Below are positions 34,161-45,869 of a stretch of DNA of 64,000 nt, piece after piece; the stretch's first letter is position 1; the number at the start of each line of letters is the position of its first letter. The notes beneath the pieces are model-generated. The model did no database searches, was not told the origin of the DNA, and saw nothing but the letters and a program-made list of their open reading frames with translations. The translations under genes and the position numbers were made by a program. Source of the stretch: Phoronis australis (taxonomy: Eukaryota > Animalia > Phoronida). The stretch spans positions 705,329-769,328 of the forward strand of contig NMRA01000038.1 in NCBI GenBank assembly GCA_002633005.1. The letters run 5' to 3'.

Positions 34161-37100
34161 CTTGGGAAATCAAGACCAGAAACGAATACAGCATTAGAAA
34201 ACGGACAATCGCGGCACAAATAAAAAAGTTCATGTTGACTCAACGTTTCATCTATTCATAAGACATCATCAGGACATCTACAGTAGGACAACAAGTGTCG
34301 CTCGTCACGGTAATTACGAGCGCAAATTAAATTGGAAAAGTGCTGCAGTAAAATTTACGCTCATAAATTAAATGGGAGAAATGTCGCCGTAAATTACGCT
34401 CGTAAAATACCTATTTTCTAAATTATGCTTGAATTATACATGGTGATATACATGTTAGGTTTTATTCTCTTGCGATATTTTCTTTTTCGTTCAGTGTCTC
34501 GTTAGCCAACAACAGACCAGCAGACCGGACTGGCCGTGGCACGGCACGGCAGCTGATGGTTCACCAAGTAGAAACGTCTGTAATATTTTATGTTCTATTA
34601 ACACTAAGGCAAAAGAGAGTGGTTTCAACTGATATAGTATCTATTTAACGAACTGAAACATGCACTATGAACATGTTGGTGGCCATGATTAATAACAGCT
34701 GACAGTATAAACAAAGAGTGAAGCACTGAGTTCATCATGTCACGTTGTCACAACGGCGATGTGACGTCAGCAGCTGTAGAATGTAGGTCAAGGTGCTGGG
34801 TCAAGATTCAGTTCACACAAGAATGTCACATGACTGTGAGCAGCGCTGCCTGTTAGTAAAGCATCATTGCATCCAGCGCCATCTGTTTGCCTTAAAGGTT
34901 TTGAATGAGCCCCGGCGCGTACCTTTTGCATCGCTGACATTGCAGCAGCGATTTGATCCGCCATGATTCAGCGCTCGTACCGTAGACATGTAACCCGTCA
35001 GTAAATAAGTATTTCTATTAGCACGTGCGACCGTGGATTGTAAAACCCAACGTCATTGGCTAAGAGTTTAAAAAAAATTACGAGCGTAATTTTTAAGCCG
35101 TAAAAATGAAATTACGCTCGTAATTTTACGACGTAATTAACGGCGTAAATAACGGCGTAATGTACATAATTACGCTCGTATTTTTCCGGCGACACTTTCC
35201 CCCCATCATACCGGCCAAGACACTTACAATCGTATATGACTATGCGTGTCACAGCCAGTAGAGCACGTCTGTTTGGCCACACAAGGATATTGTACCGCTA
35301 AGACCTACGGTGTTCTGTGTGGGAACATACACTCATGAGCTTGCCAAATTCCTAGTCGAAATTCTCACACCCAGGGATTTTTTCAAGGCCTATGCATTGT
35401 GCATTTGACCCCCGAGCCACTTGGGTAGGCGCATATGCTAATCAGCAATTCGCACCCGTACCACAAACTGCCAAATGGTATCTGGGAGAAGTTTAGGGGG
35501 GCATGACCCCCTTGCCCCCCCAAGTCCGCCACTGAGAACATAACGACATATTAATTACAACGTTTTAACTTCCGGGTAGTGGCTTGCTGAATCTGAAAAA
35601 TTGAGAAGGGTTTTCCGTCTGTGTCGGCTCAGAAATCATTTTAGAACTACTTTGCGTGAAATGTCGACTTTCACATGTTATTTGACAAATCTAAGTAAGG
35701 CGACTAGTGGACAAAACGGTTTCACCACCTGGAGACTGAAGAAATGCATACACTCGTCACGTGGGTTCCCTACTGAGCCCAAAGAGGCCCGCTTGCCGAT
35801 GAACAATTTTATGTTCTCAATCTTGTCTTTGGCGTAGAAGAGTGAATATCCAGTCCCCCATTTGAAACAAAGAACGTGCCTATTGAACTGTATTAGTGAA
35901 ATCAGTGCTTTCCAGCTGTCAGAATAAATATTGATTAAGTAATTAGTAAGAATAGATCCATTTTTAGTTGCCCAAAATTTGTGCATATGTACTTTTAAAT
36001 CATGGGGTCAGACTTGTTGACATGTATTTTAACGTCAAAATCTATTTTTAGATGGTGTTTACAACTTTGGGTTCTGGGGTCAAAGTACTCTAGAGATTCT
36101 AGAATATTCTGAGAACAAATTGTAACAGCCAATAATACGAGTGGATATGATCATGTGGTTTTCATTAGCCAATCACTAAATAAGTAGAATGTTATATTAT
36201 GGGCTGAAATCAACAAGATAATTAGATGCACTATAGTAGTTGAAGCATAAGGACTTGCAACAGCGTACAGAAGCAATTGTACGACAGAGCCATCTCGTGG
36301 AAGATTCTAGAAGGGATCTTGGCAAGGGCAAGGTTTAACGAACAGGAAGTTAACTAAGAGCTTGTCACTTGCATTGTGGGTAGTAAGATACTACCTGAAG
36401 AGTTGCGTCGTCAGCCAAAGACTGTGACCAGCAAGAAGAGTCGCGGGTAGAAGAAATTGCCTGCAAGTGTTTAATCACCAAAGACGGTGACCAGCAAGTA
36501 CACTGTCGCTATACAGTGTGTGTGTAGTTCCAAGATTCACCAACAGGACAGACGTCCAACAAGTGGAGAGTCCTAGCTTGGATAGCAGATAAGACATTTG
36601 ATCGTTTTGGTTGTTTGATTAAAGTAATCTTTAAAGAGGGCGCTAGCGTAGTTACTCTTTATAGTTGATTACTTAATTAACAATAGGTTTCATTTGTCTA
36701 ATTAGGGGTTACCATATAATAAATTAATTACCGGATTTGGTTATTCACTCTCCATCTACGCACAATCTCAAAGCATAGCTACCTTTTAAACAAACCCACA
36801 GTCAATCATCCGACACCACCAAGGTTTCTTTGACGATTGACAGAAGCATTGGCACACGTGCCTAAAGCGTACCCCCGGAGAGAACACAAACGTCGAGATT
36901 CCGTACGAATGAGGATTCTGGGAGCCTGTCCCGATAAAGTTTTAAAAAGGGTGAGTTACAAAGTGAATTATGACGAATTCCAGATGTTTCAGAATTAAAT
37001 TACCGTTTAAAAATATTCCAATTTGCTTTTCCACGTTATTTTTCTTTTGTTTAACATTGCATCTACCACAGGATCTCGACATTTATTGTTGTTGTACAAA

Positions 37101-40100
37101 AATCGAACCTTGATTTTTTATGAATACTTCTTTGCCGAAAAAACTGTGTATATTTCAGCTAAAGACAAGCACTAAAGAAAAACTCCTGAGAGGCGGCCAT
37201 TTTGAATCCACGATGACGGAGGTTACCATAGAGATCATGTTAGTACCTAAGCTTGTTTGATTCCACATACGCTAAAGTACATGAATACAAATTATCTTGA
37301 GTTGGAATGAAAAACGCCAGTTTCTAGAACAAAAATTTAGATCCCAGCACTTGTTCTTTTACTATATCTTTCCAGTGACACAGAACATATTAAAACTCAC
37401 CATTCGTTTCCCGGCTGGTAATGGTGACGTTCCGTATTCCCAGCACTGTCTCCAAATCAACCTGCCACCAGGGATTTGCCTCCAGAAGAGTACGAGTGCA
37501 GGAGCCGCGATGGAGCTTTGGGTCTGAGTTACCGTCAACTGCTAGTGAAGCACATCCGTAATATCGGACGCTTGATTGCATGGCAGGTTTGTTTAATGCA
37601 ACACTTCGTTTCACTGCAGAACGGAGTTGCAAAAAGGACAATGAGAGCTATTTCCAGGGATGTGCTTGTCATTATTTTTTTAGGCTTAGAGCTGCGAAAT
37701 TGGGATATCGGAAAGACGAAAGCTCTTCATTTTGAAGAGCTAGGACTCGATTACTAAAGGAATCACTTGTTGAGGGTTTCCATTAAAAACACCCTTTACT
37801 ATGGGTTTTTAAACCAAAAAGTGCTCGTAATGAATATCGAATCTAATAAAATTCAGTAAAAAATAAATGAAAAACAGCATCTTACTATTGAGAGCTGTTT
37901 TGAAAATGGACACCTTTATAAACTGTTTAGCCCAAGAAGTGAACCTGTTCCAAGTGAATTGGGGGAACACGATTACGCAAGACCTCGCTAAACTACAAGA
38001 GTGAGAGGCGATTTCCAAATCTGCACCGGGGTTTACTAGCCTGTCCTAGCAACTGCTCCTTGGATGGAAATGCTGGAATGTTGAATTGAATTCACTGTTT
38101 CATTCTGAAATTCATTTGTCTCTACTATAGGGTTTAGGAATATGGAATAAACCCCTACAAAAATGGTGTTTCTGGAACATTCAAAGCACTACTAGAAGGG
38201 TGAAGTTTAGTGGAATCTCCCTAAAAACGGACCCCTTTTCCGAGTCCACTCTCTAAATGTGGCCTCCAATTTTCAACTTCACCGCTGTCGAATAACCCAT
38301 CGGCTTAACTCGAATACTAAAGCAAAGTCAAATGGCGAGTAGCAGTAATTAGGTCGCAAAGCCATGAAACAGAGGTAATGATCATGAGCACATGAACTTA
38401 AGGCAAAATTAATTTAAGTAGAATTAAAGTCTAAATTCGTTACAATGAAACCCCGAATTCCTGGCCACAGAACGTAAAAAATTGTGAAAGAAAAATTCTA
38501 TACTAGTGGCACACACGACTAATACTCATTGTGCACGGTTTTGGAAATTGGTAGAAACTGGTTCAGATGCGAGTGGTTCCGGTAAAAGTGTCATCGTAAA
38601 CCGTCACCCGTTTCGAAAAGTTGTTATGTTTGTTGTCGATAAGTCTAAGTATTTAACAAAGTATCTCCAAAACTATGAAATTTGGCCCAGTAAAAGATCG
38701 TGTTTTCTAAGAATAAAAATCTTGTAGAGTTTGATTTGTTACCTTTTATCAATCTGCCATAATTTGGTCACATGAGCATGTATTTTTTAGTAAACTTCAG
38801 GAAAAGGAAGCTACATGTACATGGATGGGTAAACAACAGTATCAATAACATTGCCAAATTTCGTTTAATCAAACGTAAAAAAGAAGTCTCAAAATGTGTC
38901 ACAGTTTTCTCGAGTATCATTTTGTTTTCATTTTATACAACTTGAGAGTTTGTTCATGAAAATCCTAAAAATCTAAGTTCTTGAAAGCCCTTCATTCAAA
39001 AGTGGAATATTTCAAGAAAACGTCCTGGTCTCGTTTTGGAGAACAGTGCATAAATCATAGTATCTGAAACTTTCATAAGAATCTAATAAGCTATTTCTGA
39101 GAAATGATTTTCCGAAGTTGGCTTAATTTGGCCATTTTTCTAGGGTCACACGGAACCTCAACCCCGTGGATGATACTGGTAACCGGTTTTCTCTGCTCTC
39201 CTTCAATGAGCTAAAAAAGGCTTCTCTTGAAGTAACGGTACGTGGACCAAAGCACATATTCAGACATGAGACCTGTTTGTACCATTTTCGGTTGAATTCA
39301 AGGTTTGTAACTCGTATTCCTAACGTAATGTTTTCTAAAACAAATGTGTTTCTTAATCACCAATCATATAAAGGACAATTGTTAAATTTGTGAACATGAA
39401 TCGAACTTTAAGCTTTAAGGTTGTGTGGGGACCCTAGAAAAATGTCCAATTATAGCCAACCTCTGAATATCGTATCTCAGAAATGGCTGATCCGATTCTC
39501 ATGAAACACGAGATCTACTTTTGGTAGTGTTATTCACCCTCTTATTTTGCAACGACTCTACCTTTCTTTTATGCTATTTTTTCTAAAAAAGCAAGGTCGC
39601 ATCACTTAATTAGTAGCAGATAGTAATTATATAAAAATCAAATTCAACGAAATTTCTAATGTCAGAAAATATACTTTTGCTGAGGTAAATTCTATAGTTC
39701 TGTAGATATTGGAATAAATGTAAAAGCTTGTCGATAAGGTCCTTCATAACCTTTTCAAAATGGTTTTAAAAAAATTTAATCAGAGGAGAATTTGCTTTTA
39801 TTACCTTGCTGTAGTGGGAACTTGATCACTTTTTTCTGAAACACAACAATAAACCAACGGTAGCAATCGTCAATAATTACATTTATGTTTCATTTTTTCG
39901 GGTTTTATAAAAGACACTCAGATTATAAAATATTATTTTAAAACATTGAAACTGTGAATACACTTTAAGCAATTCACTTATATCGTTGCCCACGGGAAAC
40001 TAGGTCACACGCTCGTCGCATAGATAAACGTATCCAACAAAGACACAACAAAGGAAAACTATGGAAGTGACCCATAGGCGATAACTGTGCGACGGGCGTA

Positions 40101-43100
40101 AGATCTCGTAAATTAAACAATATCTTGCGACCTCCATACGACGTTTTCCGTTCTCTCAAAAGAGCATGCCACCAAAAAAAACAATTTTGTATCAATTTAG
40201 ATCGAGTAGTTCTACTCGATAACGGCACGGTCGGTTGCGTTACCTGACACCTGACGGCAGGTGTTGAAATTATACAATGACGTCAGCAGTTCACAACACG
40301 GGTTACTGAGTGGTGTCAGCTTATCGCTTGAATTCATCGTTTAACACGAATAAATCATCAAACTTCGATGTAAAACCCGAGTTCTTATAAAAACGTGTTG
40401 TTTTATTTAGCTGTTACCAGGAAGAGATAACCAGGAAGGGACAACTAGCTAAACCGCCGTTTTTGGCCTTCTTCCCCGGACTAATTTTAGGACTTAAGTT
40501 TCGTTTAAAAGAAAACAGATGATTTCATCAGAGAGATTAAAGCTTTTTCTATAGAAGGATATCAAAAAAACTCACTTTGCAACCTTAAACAGTGGTGTAA
40601 TTGTACTTTGAAAATATCGACTTCAGCGCACGCAATCGCAATTTCCCACACGCAGTCACGGGTATTTAAGCTTTTCCGTCGATGTATAGATGGCGCAGTA
40701 GTCAAGTACTCCCTCATTTGCATATCAAATTTGCATGTGGGAGTTCTGAGACTCTCGTAAGTTTAGTTNTGCAGTCTTTGAGGACCAAAGTGGTGTCATT
40801 TTATAGCTAAAGAGTTTATCTTTCAAAAATTATGCTTGGATTCTAGATAACTTGAACATTTACTTTTGAAATCACGTTTGAAATCACGTTAAAATGCGCT
40901 AAAACAGTTGTCCCTTCCTGGTTATCTCTTCCTGCTGTTACGGATTTATTGGTATTTGGACACACCGTAGCCTACAAAGTTCGGCTGGCCAATTCACCAA
41001 GGACCGTAGCAGGGGGTCTGTTCGGAGATAAAGTATTCTTCCGTGAAATACAGACAGGAGAACCTAGATCTATAGACTTGAGACTTTTTTAGTTCAAAAC
41101 GCACAAAACGCTTGTTATCCTGGGCTCGGTACCGATCAGGCCCGTCGCGGCCGGAGTGACTCGTTATCCCGGCCCGAGTGGCTCGGCGGAACCCGGTTAG
41201 GCCGGGGCGGCCGGACTGAAGACATCACGAACAAAAACCAGCCAAAGTTGGAAACTAAACTTCCAGTCAAGAAACTTCTATACTCGTGAGCCAAAAAAGT
41301 AATGTGCACGTGATTATGTTGGTGAATTAGCCACGAAACTGCAAATCTACTTACTCGTCGGGGGTCGCGAATTCAGGTTCCCTTTGCCGACCACAGAACC
41401 GTCAGGGCAGAAGTTGTACATTGACAATCATTACTTGAATAATGTATGTGTAAATAAAGATTCCCCTAACACCTGGCCGTGGGATAGAAAACCGATTTAT
41501 TGTTTCACAGCAGTTTTTGTCAGCAAACACTGAATAAGCATGCGCTCACACGGCCTCGGTTCCCGGTCAATTACATTTTATTACACGCGAAGCCAGTAAC
41601 GCAGTGCTTTATTCATTGCTGGCTTCTCAAAATATTTGCACTCACGAATACTCCAAAAGCATTACAAATTGAATCTAATGAGACAGACTTTGTTTCAAAT
41701 TTATATAAGCATTGGTTAGGGCGGGAATATTTCATTTTGAAACTGAACGCAGAACGTCAACAGACTCCCGACTTCTAGACGAGAGTTCATCAGACGAATA
41801 CTTCGTAGGTGGATCGTTAAGTTTCACAGGCAATCAGTTCGAACCGGAATACAGTGATCAAGAAATACTAGAGAGAAGCGTGAACATGCACAGACAACGG
41901 AACGTATGGATAGTTCTTTGGTAAGCCGGCATTCGTCAGACTGACTGTCGACGACTGCCGGCCACAGACACGGAGATGTTTCACGGTCTCATACTTGCTA
42001 TTAACAGAGTACTTTTCATTCTTCACTACCGCGAGCCACCTCCTAAGAATTCCGGACTCTCAAGGAAGTCGAAAAAACGATGTACCCGCTTTCCTCGCAG
42101 CTGCATAGTTCGGACAAGCGGGAACGATGCACCGCAACATAGCGGCATTCTCACCTTCCTCTCGGCAAAGTAAGGTTGACCGTATGCGAAGCGATGTGGA
42201 TACAGACCGATTAAGACAGTAAAAAAGACAAATTAAATCGGGTGGCATTCTCCTTTAAAGCTCAAAGCAGCCCTACGTATGAAAACCATTGTTTTGGTTC
42301 CTGTTTTGAGATGAAGACTTTTGATATTTTTATGCCGCGAGCTATCATTCCTGAATATAGGCGATAAAACAGTAGCTGATGAATTGGAGCGCAATGGCAG
42401 CTCTAACTTACATCATACCAGCCAGATGTTAGTGATTTCGACTTGACCTAGTAGGCGTTGCGTGTTACTTTGTTAGTGTCAACGTGATTTCAAACATTAC
42501 GTTCACTTCTATAGTCGGGCGCCCGATTTACAACTTGGGAGCTGGACCTATAAGTCAGGAGCTCGTGTCCTTGCCTAGCCACAGTGCACATGACTGCCGG
42601 TTGTGATAAGTGACAGCTGTTAGCTTCTACTCAATTGGATATGGGCATACTTTATTGCGTTCTTTCGTTTCAGCGCTTTCATTTATAGATTTTTATACCT
42701 TAAATTAGTTGACATAACAACTTGATTGGTTGACAACTCAGTTATTTAATAGTTTATCGATCAGCCAATTAGTACACGAAAGGTTCTACAATTACACGTC
42801 TTGTTATTGTTTACTATTTGGCCACACTGTCGGTTTTTAGAATGAAAACATATTTTTGTAACTTGCCAGATAATGAAAATAATGATAATTTTTTTATCTT
42901 CTAGTGTCACCGTACATCAATATCAGGAAGGCATTACCTGGTAATTAAGCCATTAGAAAGCCCTTCATGAGTTCTTGATGGTGTATGATTATCCCAGAAA
43001 CAAAAGATATTAAATAATTCAATTCATAAGTAATAAACATTTCGCATACCGCACAGGTTTAAAAATATTTTTTAATCCTAAAAATCAAGACGCAAAAATA

Positions 43101-44975
43101 GGGTGTAACACAAAAAAGGAAATGAACCACAGATTTCATATAAAGGGCTAATTAAACCAGCAGTCAAAAAACGTCTACACTATAAAGACAATGATTTTAG
43201 AATATGGATTACTCACAGTTGCTGTGAAGAACTTAATAGGGCATTCATCCAAAAATATACATCTTTGTATATAACTGAGCTTTTGGTGCCATTTGATACA
43301 ATTAAATTCTTCAGTAAAATCCATTCACTGTCATACGTGACATTTACAAAAAATGTGATGAACTAATTACTTCAACTAGCTATCCGAAATTTGCAGATAA
43401 TGGTTTTGTTTTTTGATAAATAAAAATGGGCAAACATGTAAACGTAACCTGAAAATAGGTTTGGGAGTTCAAAAAATCACTACTGATCACTTGCACGTTG
43501 TTAAAAACTACCGCCAGCGCCTTTGAGTTTTGGACAACCAACCGAGTGCAAATTTCCAAAATCTGAGACAAGCTCGGACTTCAAGCAAAAACGATTTTCT
43601 GTAAAAAAAGAGAGATTTTTTACCCATAATTCATATTTTTTTCAACTGAGACTAATTAGTCAATGTTTCAAAGTTGGAAAAATTTCACGTTTCCTAAAGT
43701 TTTCTTTGAGTGGTTGTCTGGAAGGAGGAACACACATCGATTCTGGCAAACGATGCATTCTGGATGCAACACGTGCCTCTTTCTGAACTGACAAAGTCCT
43801 TGGTTTTCTGTTACTAATACTCGGCTCACTATTAATTATGTTTCTTTGATCAGTTTGATCTTTTTTCTTAAGAGGTCTTTCAATGTTCCTGACTCCAGTT
43901 AGTAACAATGTTTGTGAAAGATTAGTTTTTTTTCTCAAAAACTTAAAAACTTTTTAGTAATGAGGCTTTCTTTGCATTCAAAGTTGATCCACTTGTTTGC
44001 AAAATCTGTAGCCTTAGCCCTTAGTTAACTCGGGGGTCAGGTTATGAATGTAAATTCCAGAAGCTCAGAATTGTGCGCACAATTCTAGAAGTGAAGGTAA
44101 CAAGAGGCATAAATCTCGACAGTCAATTGCTGTGTCAAAAATTCATGCACTCGTACAATAATTCCAATTCTCAGCAGTATCACAGCTGGCACAAAACTCC
44201 TGTTTGATTGAGAAACACAAACACAAACTGATTCAAAAAGCCGACGTCTTGGAGATGGCCGGCACGGACACAATACTTTCCCCTCGTTTCATTGGCTGTT
44301 CTGATCATACTGCACTGGCACCAAGCGGCTACCAAATTACATGAGGCAGGTTTTTCCAACTTTTAAATTGAGATTTCGTAATAAAGGTGCAAGTGTATTC
44401 TTGGGAACTTTTCTGAAATGACTTTTGAACATCTAGAGAAGGATTTGATCCAAAGATCTTATTGTCTCTCGGACGTGAAATAGAGATGGGACTATGGCTC
44501 ACTGACACTAGAGCAAATCCGTACATTCTACCAGTGGACAATTATGCCGTATGACTGCTTATGTTGAGTCAAAATCCAACCGAGTCTTTAAATCGTATGC
44601 TGCAGTTGATAGAATGCCTCAACTCAAATCAGCGCATATTAAATATGACATCCACTGCGGAAGGTGCTTATTTTTTACCTGCTCATAAACTTGGCAATTT
44701 TTCGGCTGCGGTTCGCTGGTACTGCAATTTTTGACGAGGTAGAGAGTACAGTTCGTGGTTTCGACGTCAAAGGCAAAAGCTGTGCAATCACGCTCAACAT
44801 GACATAACATGTAGCAGTCAGACAAGTCCCTCGATTTCACGAACTCATGTCTCAATAAATTGGTGTTCACGGGTATCGACTTCATCTTGAAATAGAGCTC
44901 TGACTGGACGCAAGTTGAAAGAAATCCAATCCACGCGAAAACAAAGATCACAAGGAGTGTCCTAAGTATCGACAT
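33943..44975 (-). CDS. Gene D: secreted PAN/apple + F-type lectin-like protein, 4 exons (44975-44679, 39835-39805, 37613-37401, 34160-33943), 252 aa
   Basis: Same architecture and phases as paralogs, open frame; binding-motif His replaced by Arg. Confidence 0.8.
34231..34282 (-). ncRNA. Putative minimal type-I hammerhead ribozyme (Penelope-associated)
   Basis: atgtc CTGATGA tgtct-tatgaat-agat GAAAC gttga GTC aacat: core boxes, short stem II, GTC triplet, stem I with one mismatch. Confidence 0.55.
34294..35196. mobile_element. Non-autonomous TIR element with subterminal AATTACGCTCGTAA repeats
   Basis: agtgtcgc...gcgacact termini; multiple aattacgagcg/aattacgctcg motifs at both ends. Confidence 0.65.
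35240..35372 (+). mobile_element. Penelope-like RT fragment
   Basis: HKDIVPLRPTVFCVGTYTHELAKFLVEILTP matches the PLE RT HK...PLRPIV...LAK.L..IL.P motif. Confidence 0.7.
36121..36960 (+). mobile_element. Probable solo LTR (840 bp)
   Basis: TGTAAC...GTTACA termini, imperfect 4-bp TSD aaat/aagt, internal AATAAA near 36718. Confidence 0.55.
37401..37613 (-). CDS. Gene D exon 3 (FTLD N-half)
   Basis: ttctgcag|TG acceptor, G|gtgagt donor; SVALNKPAMQSS...AVDGN...PWWQVDL; 213 nt. Confidence 0.85.
39415..39752. mobile_element. Short member of the TTAA/AAGGTTATG TIR family
   Basis: ttaaggttgtgtgggg...ccttcataacctt; internal similarity to 9717-10267. Confidence 0.6.
39805..39835 (-). CDS. Gene D exon 2, 31-nt micro-exon (KKVIKFPLQQ)
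   Basis: ttgtgtttcag acceptor, AAG|gtaata donor; one codon shorter, phase preserved. Confidence 0.75.
40418..40934. mobile_element. MITE with 29-bp TIR and 7-bp TSD CTGTTAC (P-element-like)
   Basis: caggaagagataaccaggaagggacaact ... agttgtcccttcctggttatctcttcctg, flanked by ctgttac. Confidence 0.85.
41700..42259 (-). mobile_element. Kolobok-like transposon end with a THAP-domain relic (about 41950-42140)
   Basis: MLRCIVPACPN...SFFRLP*...RRWLAVV...LRVCG (THAP C-C-P-W-C pattern with a stop); opposite-strand QFEPEY motif; TTAAAGG terminus at about 42259. Confidence 0.55.
44679..44975 (-). CDS. Gene D exon 1 (signal peptide + PAN/apple-like domain)
   Basis: MSILRTLLVIFVFAWIGFLSTCVQS, DCYMLCHVERDCTAFAF...CTLY; CAG|gtaaaa donor; 297 nt. 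Confidence 0.8.
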
Positions 44976-45869
44976 GTTCGTTTGCGGGCGACTTAGAAAC
45001 AGCTAACTCTTCATTTCAGTCACTGGTGGCTTAAGTCATCCAGAAGTACGAAGACACGCTCTCACTCAATGTGAAAATGCAAAGCAATCACGCAAGGTGC
45101 CTATTAACCAATACATATCAAGCAAGCAAAATAACGTTTTACAATACTAAATGAGCTTCCTGTAATTAAGACTGGCAAATGATGTCGATTCAGATGTCAT
45201 GTCAGCTAATGAATAATGAAATTACACTAATTAATATCCATTAGAAATTGTAAATTTGGTTCATGAAATCGAAAATCAATTTTTCTACAATTCACGTTCT
45301 TTTTGTTGAGCAAATGTAAGCACACACAAATAATTAGATAACACGTCATATACTCATCGGATGGTGATTATCTGAAGTCAACCACAGCGTTCTGGCGGCC
45401 AAGATAAAGCTTACCCGATATGAGACGCAGTATATTATAACACGCTTAAAAGCGTATTTTTCACTGGCGATGTCACCGGCGAATGCCTGGCGTACATCGA
45501 TAAGAATGGATTTTGGCGTGTTGAAGATGCTTGAAGAATTCTGAAGACTATTTTGTGAGTATATCCCGTTGTTTATTATTTGCATTTGGTATGATGTAAA
45601 CAACAGTGGGGCTTCGTTAAGAGACTTCATGTGGATATTGCTTCACGTTACCGTCGTGGAAAACGGCGAAAAGAGGGGCGGTTTTGAACGCAAGATCCTG
45701 CAGAAAAAAATCAGTCTTTCCTTGAATTTATATTGTAAAGAGAAGGTACCCCGCCACAGATAGTTATAATATTGACAAGGCGACATTGGATGTCACGGGT
45801 GCAATCCGTGTAACGTTCGCCTCTTCTTACCATGGGGATGTCAAAGACCTCGGACTTATTGAGAAATCA

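Noticed and set aside
35070-35185. CRISPR-like array of aattacg repeats
   Set aside because: Irregular spacing, both orientations, eukaryotic context, no cas genes; these are subterminal transposon repeats.
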